Below, piece by piece: positions 61,901 through 64,000 of a stretch of DNA of 64,000 bases (its first letter is position 1; each line of letters begins with the position of its first letter). The notes under the pieces are model-generated. The model made no database searches and was not told the DNA's origin. It saw nothing but the letters and a program-made list of their open reading frames with translations. The stretch is taken from contig CAJINV010000004.1 of NCBI GenBank assembly GCA_905178155.1, positions 3,567,320 to 3,631,319 of the forward strand. Reading direction: 5' to 3'. The position numbers and the translations under genes were made by a program. Source of the DNA: Amoebophrya sp. A120. Taxonomy: Eukaryota; Protista; Dinoflagellata.

Positions 61901-64000
61901 CGCGCGCGCAGAGCGCGCGCCGGCCCACGAAGCCGGCGCGCGCGCTCTGCGCGCTTGCGACATTGCTTAGCAAACGCAGCGCGAAGGCAGTTGCCGTTAC
62001 CATATAGGGCAACCGCCGGGAGCCGTGAAGGTCAGGGAAATGGCCAGAAATGAAGCGGGAGAAGGGAAAAAAAGCGGACCAGATGGGAAAATGGCCAGGA
62101 GGTCAAAAATGTCGCAAAAATGGCAGAAACCAAGCGGGAGAAGGTGAAAAAAGAGCATTTTTGCGGTTTGGCCCACTTGATATCTGGAAAAGAGACGGAC
62201 TATTTTTTGCTCCGGCCGCTGGCCAGCTGCGTTGGAGAAGCAGGCCCGCGACCTGTTCGGAAGCCTTGGGCCGCTTCGTAAAAAGAAAAAGTTTGAAAAA
62301 AATGGCAAAAATTTGCTTCATAACGTGGGTGGAAGCAATCGTCGGATTTTGTCCAGATCACCCGGGCCACTTGGAAAATGGAAAAAGAGAAAAAAATGCG
62401 CAAAAGCGCAATCCCTCCGCAGGCTCCAAAATTGCCAGCCAGCTGCGGTCGGTGAAAATGTGCAGGTCGCCCGGGCCACTTGAAAACCAGAAAAAAGAGC
62501 GAAAATTAAAAAAAATCAAGAACCCTCGGCAGGCTTAGAAACTGGCCACCAAGGGCGGTCCGGCGGGCGCGCGCTTGCGCCGTACCATCGCGATTGGGAA
62601 AAAAAAACCGCACTAGAAGCGGGCGGGGGTATGTCACAAAATCCCCATTTGCCCTGGGTTGTGAGCAGAAAAGCGGCATCTTCTCCGGGTCTGAAATGGC
62701 CGACTTTGGTGGCCCAGCCCGGGTTCTTTGGTTTGCGGTTTTCCACATACCTTCTTGGCCAGGAGGCCAGTTTGTCATGCAGGGGGCTAGAAAGGATGCC
62801 CCGCTGCGAAGGTGGATGGCCACATACCTTCTTGGCCAGGAGGCCAGTTTGTCATGCAGGGGGCTAGAAAGGATGCCCCGCTGCGAAATAGCAAACCGGA
62901 TTTCGCCTTCAATGCTTATCGCAGGAGCCTGCGGGCCGCCGCGGGCGACGGTAGTTGTCCGCGGCCCTTCTCCTGCGATAAGCTTTGAATGCGAATCCGG
63001 AAGCCTCCGATGACCCGCGATAGATGGCGAGATTTACTTTCAACCTATGCGCACTAAAACTAGCAGCGTCGACTGACATCCCACCCGGCCGCGGCCATGT
63101 TCTGGAAGCGACACATGTGGACCCTAGTCTACGTGTTGATAAGGTGCGTCCGAAGCTGCTCCAGAGTGCGGGCATCAGCGGGCCGCAGTTTGCGGTCGCG
63201 GCCCTAAAGGGCCGCGAGCACAACTGCGGCCCGCGACCCAAGAAGAAGAAGTGGGATTCTAATTAAAAGAAATGGTGGTGGCAGCCGCGCGGCGAAAGCG
63301 CGGCCCGCAGGGCCGCGCTTTCGCCGCGCGGCTGGTTTGGCTTTCGCGCTGGTTAGATTTTCGCGCACGCATTTGGTTACCAATATCGCCCTCCGGGCGC
63401 GATCTTCATACAACACAACTTAGATGCGTCTTTCTCATCCGCAGTGAAGCAGCACAAGTTTTCCGACCCAGAAGTAGTCATATTTGCAATGCATACGCAC
63501 TACGACATGGCGAAGGATTTGCAGGCAATGAAGGCCTCGCTCGGGGACTTTTCTTTAAGTAAGTAGCTCGGCTCATCATTGGTTTTAACGTCTTTCCCAT
63601 GCTGCTGGCTAGTGTTATTGGTAGTCCCGCTGTGAACCAACAACAAAGAACGCAGATTTCAAAAACCACTACTTACATGCAGAAAGAAACAGGATGCACA
63701 TGGTACCAGTAGGCCACAAAGCTCTCAGGTATGAAAGACACTAACAGTAGTTATTGTTGAATGGCACAACTATAAAGAAGTTGTATAAAAAACATCACCA
63801 CTACATCTACACGCGACAGGTGAAAAAAACTACGAAGAGCTTCGAACACGGAAGGAGGAGGCGCTGAGTCTCCGCGAGTACGTGTTGTTTCGCGTGTACG
63901 AGGGGAAAAAGTCGATGCAGCAGCGGTTGAGGCTGCTGGAGCAGGAGAAGGAGACTGCGGTCTCCGAGGGAATGCAGCTGCAATTGCGTCTGGAGCGAGC
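58978..64000 (+). CDS. PIBF1: PIBF1/CEP90-like centriolar coiled-coil protein (runs off window)
   Basis: Spliced product contains LGDFSLSEKNYEELRTRKEEALSLREYVLFRVYE, resembling the conserved PIBF1 segment (recognised from memory). Nine introners in the 5' part. Confidence 0.7.
59048..59318. mobile_element. Degenerate family E-like introner
   Basis: GTGCACAAC/GTTGTCCAC remnant IR; DR AGAAG/GAAAG; frame restored. Confidence 0.55.
59336..59655. mobile_element. Introner family B
   Basis: DR TGTTT/TGTTT. Confidence 0.92.
59710..59988. mobile_element. Introner family C (inverted relative to 4477)
   Basis: DR TCCCT/TCCCT. Confidence 0.9.
60000..60325. mobile_element. Diverged introner
   Basis: IR ATCTTCCCGTATT/AATATGGGAAGAT; DR TCTGC/TCTGC. 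Confidence 0.75.
60383..60651. mobile_element. Introner family A
   Basis: DR TCGGA/TCGGA. Confidence 0.87.
60888..61063. mobile_element. Introner, family F-like
   Basis: GAAAAAGCCAGC/GCTAGCTTTTTTC IR; DR AAGAA/AAGGA. Confidence 0.72.
61124..61350. mobile_element. Introner family F
   Basis: Homologous to the 5723 copy; DR GCATG/GCATG. Confidence 0.9.
61410..61654. mobile_element. Introner family E
   Basis: TATCCGAGTGCAC...GTGCACTCTCATA; DR GGAGG/CGAGG. Confidence 0.8.
61880..63382. mobile_element. Nested non-autonomous TIR element with GC-rich hairpins
   Basis: Perfect 21-bp TIR TGGTAACCAAATGCGTGCGCG at 61880-61900 and 63362-63382. Confidence 0.8.
62743..62887 (+). repeat. 68-bp tandem duplication (period 77)
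   Basis: 62743-62810 is identical to 62820-62887. Confidence 0.92.

Larger units (their letters stand above)
61707..63495. mobile_element. Family A introner expanded to 1789 bp by a nested element
   Basis: Diverged family A ends; DR CGCAC/CGCAC; coding frame resumes at 63501. Confidence 0.8.

Overview
Eukaryotic protist genomic DNA, most consistent with a syndinian dinoflagellate such as Amoebophrya. This assignment is inferred from the gene content and the intron type. About 15 protein genes lie on the + strand: a ubiquitin-specific protease, clathrin heavy chain, two paralogous membrane proteins, a large low-complexity protein, a pectinacetylesterase/Notum-family hydrolase, a selenocysteine glutathione peroxidase, a mitochondrial carrier, a TruA-like pseudouridine synthase, a MORN protein, an EF-hand dynein LC4-like protein, a PIBF1/CEP90-like protein and several hypotheticals. 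The dominant feature is about 45 MITE-like insertions (introner elements) in coding exons. Each runs TA(T/C)...ATA with terminal inverted repeats, is flanked by a 5-bp direct repeat and lacks GT-AG ends. Removing the element plus one repeat copy restores the reading frame. They form at least six TIR families, occur in both orientations, share a GCAT(G/C/T)A(C/G)AA internal motif, and two carry nested secondary insertions. At 47.85-50.9 kb, three identical 53-bp-core direct repeats delimit two kb-sized cassettes of truncated mobile-element-like ORFs (tyrosine recombinase half, CCCH gag-like ORF, unknown ORF fragment). All boundaries were read by eye, with no alignment or database search.
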